A stretch of DNA of 63,018 bases, counting the filler, from Dirinaria sp. TL-2023a (taxonomy: Eukaryota), in assembly GCA_051941275.1 (NCBI GenBank). It is 3 parts of 3 records of this genome, joined end to end, with 100 filler letters (N's around TTAATTAATTAA, not from the genome) between each part and the next. Parts side by side here need not be neighbours in the genome. Positions count along the whole stretch, not along the records: positions 21,118 to 42,073 come from JAVEBF010000272.1; positions 42,174 to 63,018 come from JAVEBF010000274.1; 1 more part is not named here. One strand, 5' to 3'. A program made the position numbers and the translations under genes. The notes below the pieces were generated by a model. The model was not told the DNA's origin, did no database searches, and saw only the letters and a list, made by a program, of their open reading frames with translations. This document shows positions 36,361-50,501 of this stretch, in pieces (the stretch's first letter is position 1; the number at the start of each line of letters is the position of its first letter).

Positions 36361-37343
36361 TCACAGGATGCCGGGTATGACGGCTCTCCTGCCACCTATT
36401 TTTTCTTTCCCAAATTTCTCAAGATACCACTTGCGCCCATTCAGTGCTCGAGGTAACATCGACGTGATCTCATTGATGAGGAAAATCCTTGCTGGCACGC
36501 AGTTTGAGCCTCCTATCATCCACCAACCACCCCATTCGATCCATTCAAAAAGATAGTGTGGGTATAGTACAGCTCGGAACAAGCCGTTCTTGGGAATCAT
36601 ATATATCTTTTCGACCCCTTGATCGTGACCTTTCTTGGTCCCAGGCGGCTGATTCTTCTGCTTCCGTGCGGCGGCTCTTCTGATCTCCCGCAGATCGTCG
36701 TCGTGATACATATTAGCTAATAAACCGAAACCAAAAATCATCATGCCGACTTCTGCTACGAATACTCGGCCCGCCCAATCTTGGCGCGTGGTGGGACCAT
36801 AGCCGGCCAGCCAGCCCCCAATGCAAGTTGCGTTGCAGAGCTGGAAAGCCAAAGCCCAGAACCAAACGAAGGGATGTATCGGAGACATGCTTGGGTTGAT
36901 TAGAGGAGAGACGATCGATCGGTAGATGTAATGGAATGTCTGGGAGATGGTTGCTAATGTTAATGACCGTAGGAGAGGAGGGTCTCCTTAGGGGACTCAC
37001 AAAGAGTGCAACCATGAGCCAATTACCGACGGGTACTTGGTCCATATGGTTGATTTTTGGCAATGTGAACATGATGTAAAGCAGAGTTATGAAGCCCGGC
37101 ACTTCCATTGTCATCCAGGCAATCTTGCCGGGAATGTTCCAACGCGAACTGATTGAGGTTTTGCCCATTGGGTACCAAGCTGTGACCCATTGCGCGGAAT
37201 AAAACTGTAGCACCGAGCTTAGCGATGCGTCTCTATGAGGTGCAACTGATATTTACAATCGGCATCAGCTGCCAGAAGAAAGTGAGTGTTTCCCAGCTCT
37301 CTCGCGATGGGGGAAGGTATGGATATAGCGGGGCCTTATCCAT
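36361..37343 (-). CDS. 3-oxo-5-alpha-steroid 4-dehydrogenase (steroid 5-alpha-reductase family), 3 exons
   Basis: WYPMGKTSISSRWNIPGKIAWMTMEVPG, NMYHDDDLREIR, YMIPKNGLFRAVLYPHYLFEWIEW, MLPRA, RRAVIPGIL*; ATG at 37343. Confidence 0.88.
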
Positions 37344-38501
37344 GACTGTAGTTGCGGAAGAAGCGCCAATTCCTTGCAACTGTGTCCAACAGTCCGTCCA
37401 AATACTGCTGTAATACGACTACAATATGATCGTCAATGAAAAACCGCAAGGAAAGAGCTCTCAACACCAAATGCTTCATGTTGGTCCCAACCTCTCTCTG
37501 CAGTCCCCAGCAAGCGTTCTCGTTTTCGTCATTGCATATCGACAGTCTCTAGGCTTAAGCCCAAAAGGTAATAGCGCTGAGGAATCGAAGCGGGTAAGAA
37601 TTTAGTGCGAGGAAAATTGGCGCAGCTACTGGGCCGCTGTTACATATTCTCCTGCCTGCCTTTCACCTCATGAAACCATTATTCTGTCCTTACTCCAACT
37701 CGTGAATCTCATGTTGAAAGACCTACTGTATAAATGAAAATGCATTATTTCAGATGATTGTGATTCAAGCCGTATTTAAATTTCTGCATCTAAGACGAGT
37801 CCTCGAGCAATCAAGCACATGCCCTAGGATGCTGAACTTGGAGTCATCGTCGTCATCAATATGCAATTGGCAAACGAGGGAGTGTTGTACATAAGGTACT
37901 GTACTGTACATAGATACACGAAACACCGCTTTTACAATGGTCCCCCAGCAGGACTGAGCAATATCATTGATGCGCCAATACGATCGTCGAGAATTTTGAG
38001 CTTCATCCGTGCATAATCTACAGTACAGTAGAGTGTGGAACAGGAGAGAAGAAGGACAGTGCCAAGCAGCCGCACGGATTTCGCACGCGCCTAAATAATG
38101 AAGCCATATTTCGCCGACTTTTTTTTTTTTGTTACTCCTACTCAGGCCCCTTCAACCGGGTTTCCCGAAGGGTCCAGAATGTGGGGGCTACGAAGAGCTT
38201 GCGATCCGCCTAACTCTCATGGACCATGGAAATATTGAAGTTGAAAGGTTTCAAGTTGCAGCGTTAACAATGGCCTACTACTGTGGTCTCTGTAATGTCT
38301 TGTGATAACCAAGGAATTGCTGATAAGGTATTTGCATGGTGGCTGTCAATATGTATACTTAATGTACCTTACACATATGTAAAGTACCTTAAGTGTGGGT
38401 TCGGCCTCGCTTAGATTGGAAAGCCCGAAAACCGGGCCCACTCGGCTTAAGTAGAAGTAGAAGTAGATAGCCGTCTATGTCGCAATCGGAATTCTTTGCT
38501 C

Positions 38502-38545
38502 CATCCTCATCCTCATCCTCATCCTCATCCTCATCTCATCCTCAT
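38502..38545 (+). repeat. (CATCCT)n hexamer microsatellite in the met6 upstream region
   Basis: About 7 copies of catcct, one with a 1-nt deletion. Confidence 0.85.
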
Positions 38546-38689
38546 TAATATTCTCCCCACAACTTCCACCATCCGTTGAGAGACTTTAAACAAACTCTCA
38601 AATTCTATATCACCTTTCTCTTAACTTTTGACATACCCTTTGTTGCCATCAAGCCCTTTTTGAGTTGTTGCAGTGTCTTGACCGCCAGA

Positions 38690-41177
38690 ATGGTGCAATC
38701 GTAAGCACCACTATCTGCTTCTTTGCTCGCTAATTTGCCTAACGAATGCTGTAGCTCCGTGCTGGGCTTCCCTCGCATGGGAGTCAATCGTGACTTGAAG
38801 AAAGCTACCGAAGCCTACTGGGCTGGCAAACTTTCACAGAAAGAGCTGCTCGAAGAGGGCAAACGCCTTCGTCTCGAACACTGGAAGATTCAGAAGGATG
38901 CTGGTATTGACGTGATTCCAAGCAACGACTTCTCCTTCTACGATCATGTTCTCAACCACATTCAATTTTTTGGGGTACGCTTAACGATGGACTGCACAAG
39001 CTTGGAAGCTAACGCTATACATAGTGCATACCCGAGAAGTACACCAAGTACAACCTTGACCCAATTGACGAGTTCTTCGCCATGGGCAGAGGCCTTCAAA
39101 AGCCTCAGACTGACAAGGAATCCGCTGTGGATGTTCCCGCCCTGGTATGCAATCAATCCAAATGGTCTGTAGGATTAGCTCGCTTACACATCAACGACAG
39201 GAAATGGTGAAATGGTTCGATTCAAATTACCACTACGTCAAGCCCACGGTCCAAGATGGTCAAAAGTTCAAGTTGAGTCCAGATCCCAAGCCAGTCGTTG
39301 AGTTTTTGGAAGCGAAGGAGGCAGGTATTATCACGCGTCCCGTTTTGGTGGGACCTGTGTCATTCCTCGCGCTAGGGAAGGCCGATAGAGGTCAGAAAGT
39401 AGACCCGATCGATCTTCTAGACGACCTCCTGCCGGCGTATGAGGAGCTTCTAGTGAAGCTCAAGGAAGCTGGCGCTGAATCCGTTCAGATCGATGAGCCA
39501 TGCCTTGTTTTTGATCTTCCCCCACGGGTGAAGAACGCTTTCAAACCCGCTTATGAAAAATTCACTGGACTCGGAGACAAGATTCCAAAGATAGTCGTTG
39601 CTACGTACTTCGGCGACATCGTCCACAACATCGACGTCCTTCCAGCCCTGCAAGGCGTATCTGGTCTTCATATCGATTGCGTCCGCAACCCTGAGCAACT
39701 GGAAACAGTCATAGGATCGCTGGGTCCGAAACAAATTCTTTCTGTAGGTGTCGTCGATGGACGGAACATTTGGAAGACCAACTTCAAGCGAGCCATCGAG
39801 CTCATCGACATTGCTATTCAGAAGCTCGGAAAAGACCGCGTCATCGTCGCAAGCTCAAGCTCTTTACTACATACCCCACACACGCTTGAGAGCGAGAAGA
39901 AATTAGATGCCGACGTCAAAGATTGGTTTAGCTTCGCAGTTGAGAAGACTCGTGAGCTAGCCATCATCACCAAAGCAGTCAACGACGGCCCTGCAAGCGT
40001 ACGTGATGAGCTTGAGGCTAATGCCAAGTCCATTCAAGCTCGTGCGACGTCGGAGCGTACCAACGATCCCAAAGTCAAAGAGCGCCAATCAAAGATTACA
40101 GAAGAGATGTTCAACAGACTGTCTCCTTTCCCCACACGCATATCCCAGCAACAAAAACTGCTGAACTTACCCTTGTTCCCTACCACTACTATTGGCTCCT
40201 TCCCACAAACCAAAGAGATACGTATTCAACGTAACCGATTCACAAAGGGAGAGATCACTGAAGAAGAGTACGAGAAATTCATCGAGAAGGAAATCCAAGA
40301 TGTGGTGAAAATTCAAGAAGAACTTGGTCTGGATGTTTATGTTCATGGCGAGCCTGAGCGTAATGACATGGTACAATACTTCGGAGAACGCTTGACGGGC
40401 TATGTCTTTACCACACATGGTTGGGTACAGTCGTACGGTTCACGGTGCGTTCGGCCACCGATCATTGTGGGCGATATTAGCCGTCCAGCTCCCATGACTG
40501 TCAAAGAATCAAAGTACGCAGCCTCCATCTCCAACAAGCCGATGAAAGGTATGCTTACAGGTCCTATCACCTGCCTTCGATGGTCATACCCCAGAGACGA
40601 CATCCACCAGTCCGTGCAAGCCGAACAACTTGCTCTCGCTCTTCGCGATGAAGTTGTCGACCTCGAGTCTGCAGGTGTCTATGTCATCCAGGTGGATGAG
40701 CCCGCTCTTCGTGAGGGCCTTCCCCTACGTTCAGGCCTCGAGCGCGAGAACTATCTCTCGTGGGCCGTGAAATCGTTCCGACTCTCAGTCTGCGGCGTCA
40801 AAGACAGCACGCAAATTCACAGCCATTTCTGCTACTCGGAGTTCCAAGATTTCTTCCAGGCCATTTCAGCCCTCGACGCCGACGTTCTCAGTATCGAAAA
40901 CAGCAAGAGCGACGCCAAATTGCTGAAGGTATTTGTGGACGAGGCATATCCAAGGCACATCGGTCCCGGGGTATACGATATCCACAGCCCGCGGATACCG
41001 AGCGAGCAGGAGATCCAGGATCGCATTCAAGAGATGCTACAGTACCTTAAGCCGGAGCAGCTTTGGGTCGATCCTGACTGCGGACTCAAGACACGGCAAT
41101 GGAAAGAGACCAAGGCATCGTTGACCAACATGGTCAATGCTGCCAAATTCTACAGACAGAATGTGAAGGCGTATTAG
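38690..41177 (+). CDS. met6: Cobalamin-independent methionine synthase (Met6/MetE)
   Basis: 11-nt exon ATGGTGCAATC, intron 38701-38754, then SVLGFPRMG, DFSFYDHVL, EMVKWFDSNYHYVKP, TTTIGSFPQT, HGEPERNDMVQYFGE, Zn ligands IHSHFCYSEF and WVDPDCGLKTR. Confidence 0.97.
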
Positions 41178-42073
41178 GTACGCCAGCGGAGTGTGTCAGG
41201 AGGGGTTGGGGGTGGAGGTGGAAGGAAATGTATGATACCCACGACGACATGTTCAACAACATGAGTCCATGAAAAAGTGATCTCAACGATCTGGCGTTCC
41301 AGGGGCAGAAGCCGCCAGTAGACGATGGGGATAGATAGAGGGGCAAGCAAGGCCTGCTTGTTTCAACATTGCATAGCGGGTGTACAAAAGTCACGCTTCA
41401 ACCGTGTAACTTTAGTTCTGGCCAGTTGCCATTGCTGGCCTTTAAGGCTTGATTGATCAGTCTTACTTAGGCCTCAAACAATACATGTTGTAAAGCCTAA
41501 TAATTCAAACTGTAAATTGCGCTCACGGTGACCTTTCATCCACTTAAAAGATGTATATATCTTAAATGTTTCGTTATGGTGGATAAATGGTAGTAATCTC
41601 CAGCGTACCCCCGTTTATAAATAACCACTGATATTATTGCGTGGCTCTACATGGTACATGAGACGCCACTTAAGGAAATCAAAGTGGAAGTGATCAGCAA
41701 AATTCGGAGTCAAGTATGATCCTGTCGAATCCCTTGTGCGCAGCCTTGGGGACTGCGGTACTACGTTGACGCCACCGCCAACATCGCAACTATAATTTCC
41801 TTTTGATGTTTTTCCGCCTCCTTGTCTCTGGGCAAAGGTTCCGGACAGGTTCCACGCTCTTAAGTCTAAGGTACTGTCAGATGTGGAGATGAATTGGGCC
41901 TATTGTATGTGTATTTGTGCTCAATCGCCTGGAACTAAAGGAAGAATTTTTGTGGGCAGTAAGATACCCTCGTACCCGGTTTCTGCTGACTAATCTAAAG
42001 TCTAACCACTTTTGTCAAACCATCCTTGGCATTTTTTAAGGCCGCCGCTAAGCACACAACCCCCCTTCCTGAT

Positions 42074-42173
42074 NNNNNNNNNNNNNNNNNNNNNNNNNNN
42101 NNNNNNNNNNNNNNNNNTTAATTAATTAANNNNNNNNNNNNNNNNNNNNNNNNNNNNNNNNNNNNNNNNNNNN
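42074..42173. other. Artificial contig linker (N44-TTAATTAATTAA-N44)
   Basis: Identical to the linker at 21018-21117. Confidence 0.95.
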
Positions 42174-43019
42174 AAATTTAACACTCCCTAGACCCCTCTA
42201 CATAGGCACCATCTCACCTCCCTCCCTTACTCTATTACCTCGTAAGCCTTCAAGAACATTCCAGGTCCAAAAGCCCGAAAACGCTTCCTTTCTGTGCAAC
42301 ACATGAAAGGAACGGAGTAATCTAGGTACGACGCAAGAAAGAGATGAGGACAGAGAGGTTTGGGCCCGGGGGGAAAATGATGGTATGTATGTAGGTAGGA
42401 AGGTCCGAGGAATAGGTAGTAGGTGGTAGCTACGTACTTTACGTACAATGGACAAAAACCAGTTCAAGGTTCCAACAACTGGAATACGGTCTTAGGGGTG
42501 GGAAGAAACAGGAAACAGAGTGAGTCAGACAAGGGGGTATCTCTCATTCGAGTATGGCCATCTGAGACGATTAATTGTGCTTCATTGGACTACCTCGCCT
42601 TATTTTCACAAAAGTTTGTTAGGTGCATGTAGGATAAATAGGTCAGCGTAAGGTATGTTACATGAAGTCGATCAAGTAAATAACAAGATACGACTAGTCT
42701 AGATAAGTACAACAATGTAGCAATCTTACCGATGATTCAATATCGTTTTCTGTGGGGTGCATTTCTCTTTTGAAGACAGAAAAAGAGAAATTGATTGGGG
42801 AGAGGCACATATATAGGTATAATTAGGGAGGTGGAACTGATTCTTTTGAGCGAGCGAGGCAAGTACCTTACGAGCAATTTGAGCTTCTTATTCTATCTTA
42901 GGTACGTAGCTGACTTGAGACTTTTTGAGATTTGAAAATTTACAGCGTCATGGTCGAAGATCAGAAGCTTATAACATTTCGATACAAACGAGATAACGCT
43001 GTTGTCTACCTTAGTGTAG

Positions 43020-44311
43020 CTAGATCCCCCAAAAGCCACAAATCTCTCTCACCACCTGCCCAGCACATGGGACCGGGAATCCATGCCCTGCACTCACAGA
43101 CCTGAACTCTACATACTGCGAACCACCCATCATCGCCGTAAGATCTTCCTCGAGATCTGCCCGCGGCACTATAGTATCCTCGGCCCCAAGGATCAGGAGG
43201 AGCTTATTATGCCGAAGCTTGCTGTCCGAATAAGTGGTTCCGGTAATGATATTGCAAAGTTTCTTCCAATCACTTTGCTGGTTTATGGCGGGCCCGTAGA
43301 TTATGGTGTTTATAAAACTGCGCGTGAAGCCTTGGTGGTAGGTCAATTGCCAGCGGACTATAGACTGGATATCAAGAGGCTGGGTTTTGGCTTTAGGAAC
43401 TTCGGGTGCTGTGTCTTTAGTGCGGGAATTAACGCCCAGGAGCTCCCCTACTGCGTATTTCAGGTATGCAGAAGGAACCCATGATGGATAACGGAAGAGG
43501 GTATTTAAGTATTCCGTGGGTAAGGAGCGTAGGATACCGCCTGGAGCGAGGAGGATGATGGAATTGATGAGGTAGGGGTAGTGAGCTGCGAAAGAAATGC
43601 CGATTGCTCCACCGAGAGAGAAACCGATTAACGAGAATCCGTTGGAGGAAGCGCCAGTCCATGATATGGAGGATGAGGCGAGGGCGAAGAATATTTGCAT
43701 GCAAAACAAGCGGGAGTCATGAGGGACATTGAGGGGCGTGTCTGAATATCCTCTGCCCCAAAGATCTTGTGGAGGAATTAGTTTAGATGGTTGATCGAAA
43801 GGGGAAAAACGCGGATTGTGGTTTTCTATCGCCAGATATAGATATAGACATAGGATTTCGCTTTGAATTCCAAATTCCAGATAATCAGACCGGCGAGGAA
43901 GAGATTGATATTTACAAATCAATCGAGCACAGAAACGAACATACCTATAGTCATGACTCTACAGCCCTTCTCGACCAGCTGCTCAGCAATTGGTCCAAGC
44001 ATCGGTCCCGGTGTGGTGTCGCCATGGACAAGGACGACCTTCTTACCATCTTCCGCGCCCCATTCATTCACTCTCATCGATCCATAATGTGTTTCAACCT
44101 CACGAGCGCCGGGTAAAAGATTAGGAGGGTAAGGAAGCGTATCTGCTTCAGCTGACGATAGGAAAGGGAGCAGCGTGTCACGCGGAGAAGGCACGACCCG
44201 TCGTAGAACAGCTGGTTCGTTGTGAAAAGGAGTTGGCCGGCGGAGGAGGATTATTGAAGTTGTGACGCTTACTACCGTAAATGCGAGGAGTAATAAGACC
44301 CAGATGGCCAT
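43020..44311 (-). CDS. Alpha/beta hydrolase with N-terminal membrane anchor, two exons
   Basis: Hydrophobic N-term; YGSMRVNEWGAEDGKKVVLVHG; intron about 43944-43766 (GTATGT...CTAAT...AAG) gives IDLWGRGYSD; nucleophile elbow GFSLGG; LGAEDTIV; AGHGFP. Confidence 0.85.
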
Positions 44312-44576
44312 TGAATAGGGTCATTCAAAAGTTGTGCCTACAATTGTCGAGACTCAGAAGTGCTGTCTACCATTCAGCAGGATGAGGCCGTGATTGTATG
44401 GGTTTCGGAGGATCGCATGCAGGTCAAAGCCTAGATGGAAAGCTGTGTTTCTTCTGACAGATCTCTTATGAGATGCGGGAGAAGTGGGGATGTACAGTAC
44501 AGTAGTAGCTATCAAATATTGCCATCCTACGGATTCCTCTTCTTGTACAGGTCTATCGAGCAAGCTTTCAAAAAGT

Positions 44577-47392
44577 TTAGATAAACTCCCATCTTGCCAA
44601 TCGCCCTATACTCAGCCCTGCATCCCGGACAATGCAAATCTTGTCCTCACCTTTCAAATGCTTGACACTCTTGCCACCGTTCCGTGTGCTGTCCGCATCC
44701 ACATATCCGTCATCCTGGCCAGCAACTATTTTCGCGATCTTATCATCCCTGTCGCCGTTACCTTCAATTTTGCCAAGCACCTTCACTAGCGCTAGGCTGC
44801 CGACCGCTGTACCCTTGCCTGCGCCCAGATCAAAGTTTCCTGTCGTCACAAACCCCAACAGATCCTCCTCCGCAGGGCATGGGGGATAGTCTTTTTCCTG
44901 AGGCGTGGTTGGGCCCGACAGCAACATCCTTGCCAATGCCTGCCTCTTCTCCCAATTCGGAGCATCTTCAAGGAGGACACTCTGGCTAATTGGCTTCTTC
45001 GACTTCTCTTTTTGGTCTGGGTGAGAGTTGTTGGACGGATTGATGGACGTGATTTTGGAGGATTGGATGGTAGACAGGAGAGACAGCCATTGCTTGCGCA
45101 GAGCGAGATTAGCCTTTGGCAGGCGGTAGATACGCGCGCAGGTGGTGGGGGCACCGCGGTGGAGGAGTTTCAGGTTGATTGGTGAGAGAGCGCGAGGTGG
45201 GATGTCAGATGCTGGCAGAGTCGAGAGGATAGAAAGGGGAAGATGCTGGATTTGCAGGTCTTCAAAGGAGGATTCTTTTTCAGGCGCTGCAGACGCATTA
45301 GACATATTTTCGGTCCCCGTTCGAGACTCCTTAGATCCGTTCGCTTCACCCGATAAATCTGATGCAGGGGCCGGACCGAGAAAGAGACGTTCCCAATCAC
45401 ACGCCCAACCCATGCCCACTTCTCCTTTCTTGCCATCGCCAAGATTGACAGCATCCCAGCTTATGCGCTTGCTCTTGGGTCGCTTTTCCCATAACTTCTT
45501 GCGCTTGGCCCGTTCTCGAAGCTCCCATCCATACCCAGCTTTGGTGCCTGGGTAGTCGCCCGGAAACCATGGTTGGCCCCTTTCAAAGTGTATTTGACGG
45601 AGTTCGTCCAGGCCGCCGAAACGAGGATTTCCGCCTGTGCGGAGCGGATAGTGCATAAGACCATACCAGACCGGCAGAACGCATTTCCAGGGCAGTAGAA
45701 GCGTCCATGTGCCTTGTTGGTTTATGGATGGAGCACGGCAAGTCAACAGGATGACTGGTATAGCGGGATCGGTTGATAAAGGCTCGGGGAAATTTCCAGG
45801 TAAGGCAGTGGACTTGCGCCTGTTGATTGTTTTCTGGCTAGGCAGGTGGGAGGCAGTATGGCGCACTACTGAAGAGAAAAGGCATGATGGGGTAGGGCTA
45901 ATGTCCGGGGGCCACGCTGCTAGTAAATCAAGAAGAGCGTCTTCATTATTTGGCGGAAGAGCAACGGTACGTGGAGGGTGGAACAGTCGAGGATCGTGGG
46001 CGGCAAAATGCAAAAGTGCATTGGGCGGTAGAGTAGAAGGGTTCGAAAGGGCGCTGAGACAATCCCAGGTAGATTGCGGCAGACAAACTGCGGTGGAAGT
46101 GTCGTGAGAGGTAGATCGCAAAACCCCAATCAGTGCTTCTGTAGAACTAGGTCCAGTGATCTCGATACTGCCCATTTGAAAACGCAGATCTTCAATTGAG
46201 GGCGATGGGCGCTGGATCTTAGTATCTTTGATCAGTTCGTTCCAAAGCTCGAGAAAAGCTGAGGGATGAACTCGAAGGAAGGCCTGGCGCTTCTCTTTCT
46301 TTTGCTGAGTCCTGCTAGTTAGGGTGCCTTCATCCGCTTTGACTATATTTGAACACCAGACGATATTGATCTCTGAGATCCACCGCTTCTCACTGTCGCG
46401 CTCGCGAACCCATCCATACCATGATCGAGTACCTTGCCGCCACTTGGCTCCCTTCGTGCCAGTCAGCATGCGTCCATCAACGCCAACGTCTTCAAGCAGC
46501 CCAAGGAGGCTCGTTTCAACGCCTTCGATCAATATAGTGCTCATATAGCTCGTATCCCAAGCTATGCATCCTCTAGAGGATGCTGCACGATGCGTAGGTC
46601 GGTACACCTTTGCAGTCGGCGTCAGAGGAATTGCAAATCTCCAAAGAGGGTCCTTTGGATCAGGCATGTGGGCTCTCTTAGCATGGAATACGTGCGTCGG
46701 CAACCATACTTTGTGTATCTGCCTTCTGCGGTACTTCGCGTCTGGTTTCTGAGGATCGATGAGCGTATTCTTCTTACGCCTGGGTGGCCGCGACCCCGTA
46801 GATGGCCGTTTTGCCGCGTCGTCGAGCTTCTGTTGCTTGGCTTTCTCACGTTTGGCTTTGATACGCGCATTCAACACCTCAAGCTTCTTCGCCGTTTCGA
46901 GGCGAAGACGCATGTGCGGAGTCGATTTCCTCCGGCGAGCAGTCACTGTTGGTGTATTATCTTCTCTCATCTGTACGCTTGCGAGCCCTGTCAGCGCGCT
47001 TATCTTCAGCAATTTTCTCCCGATCAATGCTATTGGATGCACGCAGAACACACCTCTTTTGCAGCTCTCGCCCTCAATCTCTTAGGCACTCTTTTCACAT
47101 TGTGGCTCGCCGTCCTCCTCCTCAACTCCTTGGGCACCTGCTGAAAGGCTCTCGCCGCCAATGATGCTTTTGATTTACCCATACTAGTTTCCATAGCCTC
47201 GATCTCGAATTCACGTGCCTGAACGAAGGCTGATACATCGAGGTCTCCATGCTTGTTCAGAGCTTTGTCAGAGGTTTGAGATAGAATTGTCCGTGCTAAT
47301 GAGGTCTTAACGCGTTTGGCTGCCCGTTGGGTGCTGGAGACAGCAGAGTTATCGAACGGTTGATTGCGCTTTTGGGAACATTCGGGCGCCAT
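44577..47392 (-). CDS. pop1: RNase P/MRP protein subunit Pop1
   Basis: FVQAREFEI, RAFQQVPKELRRRTASHNVKRVPKRLR, intron 47053-46971, WLPTHVFHAKRAHM, AWDTSY, POPLD region WTLLLPW..FGGLDE..FERGQPWFPGDYP, GFVTTGNF. Confidence 0.93.
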
Positions 47393-47967
47393 TTAGCTTA
47401 GAATTCGATACTGCCACGGAAGTGAATACCCAAGATGGTGTGCCGGGCTCCGCACCTTAAGGTAGACTTAAGATACACCTCCTCACCTCTGGGAGTACAG
47501 AGTTTGGACAAAATGTCCTCTGAATAAGGTACTTTTACATCAAATATTTATTACATACATGACTATGAGCGGCTGCCCAAGCTTCCACTCCTACATCAAA
47601 ATTCCAAGGGTAGAGTACGTAAAGTAGCTTCATTGTTCGAGGTCAACGAACTCTGCGGAATTGTGGATCTGGCCGCGAATGGGTCGGTATCATTGATCTC
47701 TACTAGCCAATGAGATAAAAAGTAGCCAATAGTGAACTGACACTATCTTACTTTAGGAACCTGAGCACAGCCCAGTGTCATTGGATTACAGACCCATATA
47801 CACTGAGGCATCATTGAGCGACGGTCTATCTGGTACGGTCGGCAGGCTCTACCGAGTGCACTAAGGTAATAACATCTCCATCAATGCCAGGTTGCATGTA
47901 ATCTGTAAATGTAATTTTCCTCAAGGTCCTTCCGCAATTCACAAATACAGTTCGGCTGGTATGTTAC

Positions 47968-49440
47968 TTACAGTTCACTAGCGACAGTGGCGTCAACGTA
48001 TGGTTCGAGTCTCTCCATCAAGTCCTCCTCACTCAACCCTTCACCATGCCATTGTTCTTGAACACCCCCTATGTTCTTTGGTGGGATGAGGACATTTGAT
48101 ATAACGTGAACGACTCCGTCCTTTGCAATTCCGTCTTCAATAGTCACAGTAGAAAAGCCGTTGATCTTGATGCTGATTATTCGTCCGTAACGTCCTACAT
48201 CAATGCTCAGAGAGCGATCTTTGAGCAGTGTCGGAAGGTCAATCTGGGACAATTAGTGAACACTTCGACCACCACGGACGATGAGCCACTCACGTGAAAA
48301 TAACCCTTTGGGATACCAGTCTCATCGACACCCTCAGCCTTGTAGTAAGCGTCGGAGTATAGAGTCTGATTGGCCACAACATGGTATTCCAAGAGTGCCT
48401 TTAAATACTTCTGTCCATAGTTGCTGAACAAGAAGCCGTTGATCCTCGGGCCTAGCTTCTGGAAGGCAAAGTTCGAAGGCGCAAAGACAGTTCCTCCAAT
48501 GTGGTTGGATGTATCGTTCAGCGGTCCAAGCAACCCAGTCTTTGTCAACCCGAGTTCTAGCGTGCTGAACTCGCCGGGGAGCAATTGCAGGATTTCTACA
48601 GCCTTTGGTGGTGGTACCAAGATGCTGTTGACTCCGTGGATGACGCCGTTGGTTCCAAACTGAGCCCTATTAGGTCAATTACCCGTGTACGAAGGATTTG
48701 AGACGTACAATGTCAATGGCAACAATTCGGCTATAAAAATTCACCGTTAAGCCTTTCAAGCCAATGTTGGTGCTCAGCCTTTGTGCCTCAAATCCGATAT
48801 CCTCGCCTTCCAACAGAGTTGGGATCGTGTGGGTGACCAGGACTCTGCCTGCGGGGTAGAATTCCGACGAAACATGATACTGAAGGACCTTCTTCAACGT
48901 CTCTTTCGATGGCTTAGGAGCATGTTCGGGTATTTTCTCAAAAGCATAGTCTGTCGGGGCAAAGACTGTATAGTTTGCGGCTGTGCCATTAAGCGCCTCA
49001 ACCAGATCGGGAAAATCATTGATCAGCTTTGCGAGTTTTGTGGTGTACTTGCTCTCAGAAATCAATTGATAGACAGTCAGGTTAGGCTTCCCCTGGTGCC
49101 CATGGTGCCCATGATGCCCATGATGATCGTTCAAGCTAGTAGCAGCAGATTCAACCCATGACTTTGTGTTCGCTGCAGTATCGTCGAACACCTGGGTAAA
49201 TTCATCTCTGGCGTCGGCGGCAGTCTCGATGGCTTGGTCAAAGGCGTTCTTGGATGTTTCCTTGATTTTAGAGAAAGTATCCTCGAACTCGCTCACTAGC
49301 TGCTCCTTCGATGGCAATTGCTCAAAAGGAGTGTGTGGCGGTTGGTGATCCTCTATGGCTACCTGGTTCATCACCTTCTCATCTGGGATGACGAAGGCTG
49401 TAGCAAGAGCCGCAAGCGGCAAAAGATCCGTGAACTTCAT
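47968..49440 (-). CDS. Secreted fasciclin (FAS1) domain protein, 3 exons
   Basis: Signal peptide MKFTDLLPLAALATAFVIP; two FAS1 repeats (YTVFAPTDYAF..NGVIHGVNSIL; GTVFAPSNFAF..DGVVHVISNVL); His-rich HHGHHGHHGH linker. Confidence 0.9.
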
Positions 49441-50129
49441 GGTGGTTGTCTAATACTGATGGAAGTATGTCGAGGGGAGGATTATGACCAAAGGTTCAAT
49501 GAAGAAAAGTTGCAGCCTGACGTCCCCAAGGACTAAAAGTGCGAGAAGGAATATCTTACCTAAGGTACTGTTTCTGGAGGCAGCTCAAGCATACGCGGCA
49601 AATGATGACGCTGCTATGACATCTGCCAGGGCGGCACGGAGGAATCGGAACCATCGAAACCTTCCGTTTTTGCCTCAGACTCGGCGGCTTCTGAGGCTGA
49701 TCGATTAGATAAGTAGCTAAAGTACCTTGATCTCTTCATGGAAGCATTTACTCGAGAACTTTTAACAGATTGTGCTACCTTACAACCAGCGCAGGCATGC
49801 TTATCGATTAAGGTACGAGTTCATTAACCTGCTTTACAGACTTACCTGTGCTTTTTTTCTCTTCGACCCTACAAGTTGATCTTGGCGAAAACTTGGCATC
49901 AATTTCGCTCGAGACATCCGAAGATCCAAGCCTGGTGATTCCCATCTCCAAAAGCTTCTGGCGACTCGGGACGTCGCGCCCTATCCTACGCCATCCAAGG
50001 CTCCTGCAACTCAACCATTCAAGTTCTATGTAATGAATGTCAAATACAAAGGGCTGTGTCTGCGCCAAACTCCCTCTGATCCGGAAGGACATGTGTAAAT
50101 GTTCTATTACGTATTTTTCTCAGCAGCTA

Positions 50130-50501
50130 TTACTCCAACCATTTCTCGTCAGCAAGCACCTGCTCCCAACTCTCGCCATATTTCCTGCTGAATTGCCTTG
50201 TCGCCACGATCTCGTCCTGCCCCAAATCTGCCCCATAGAGATGTGCAAAGCACCCACTCTTGCTCTCCTCCCACTTCACTTTGTCTTCAATAGGGTCCAA
50301 CGGAATCTTCAGAAGCCAGAGCGCTTCGACGTGAGAGAAGAAGCGGCTAGCCGTAGCAGATACTTGTTCAGCGGTAGAAAAATGTATGTAGCCATCCCTT
50401 GCATCTAGCGGGTCCAACGGTAACGCTTTTGGAAGAGGGGACAGGGGCGCTTCAGCAAGGATTTTGTAGACATTGGTGGGGAGGGGCGAGGGCGGTGGCA
50501 T
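50130..50501 (-). CDS. DUF952 family protein
   Basis: VYKIL..LDARDGYIHFSTAEQV..TASRFF..KWEE..CFAHLYG. Confidence 0.85.
   Translation of the reverse strand: MPPPSPLPTNVYKILAEAPLSPLPKALPLDPLDARDGYIHFSTAEQVSATASRFFSHVEALWLLKIPLDPIEDKVKWEESKSGCFAHLYGADLGQDEIVATRQFSRKYGESWEQVLADEKWLE

Noticed and set aside
46434..47144. 236-aa plus-strand ORF
   Set aside because: Antisense to pop1, with no recognisable protein features.
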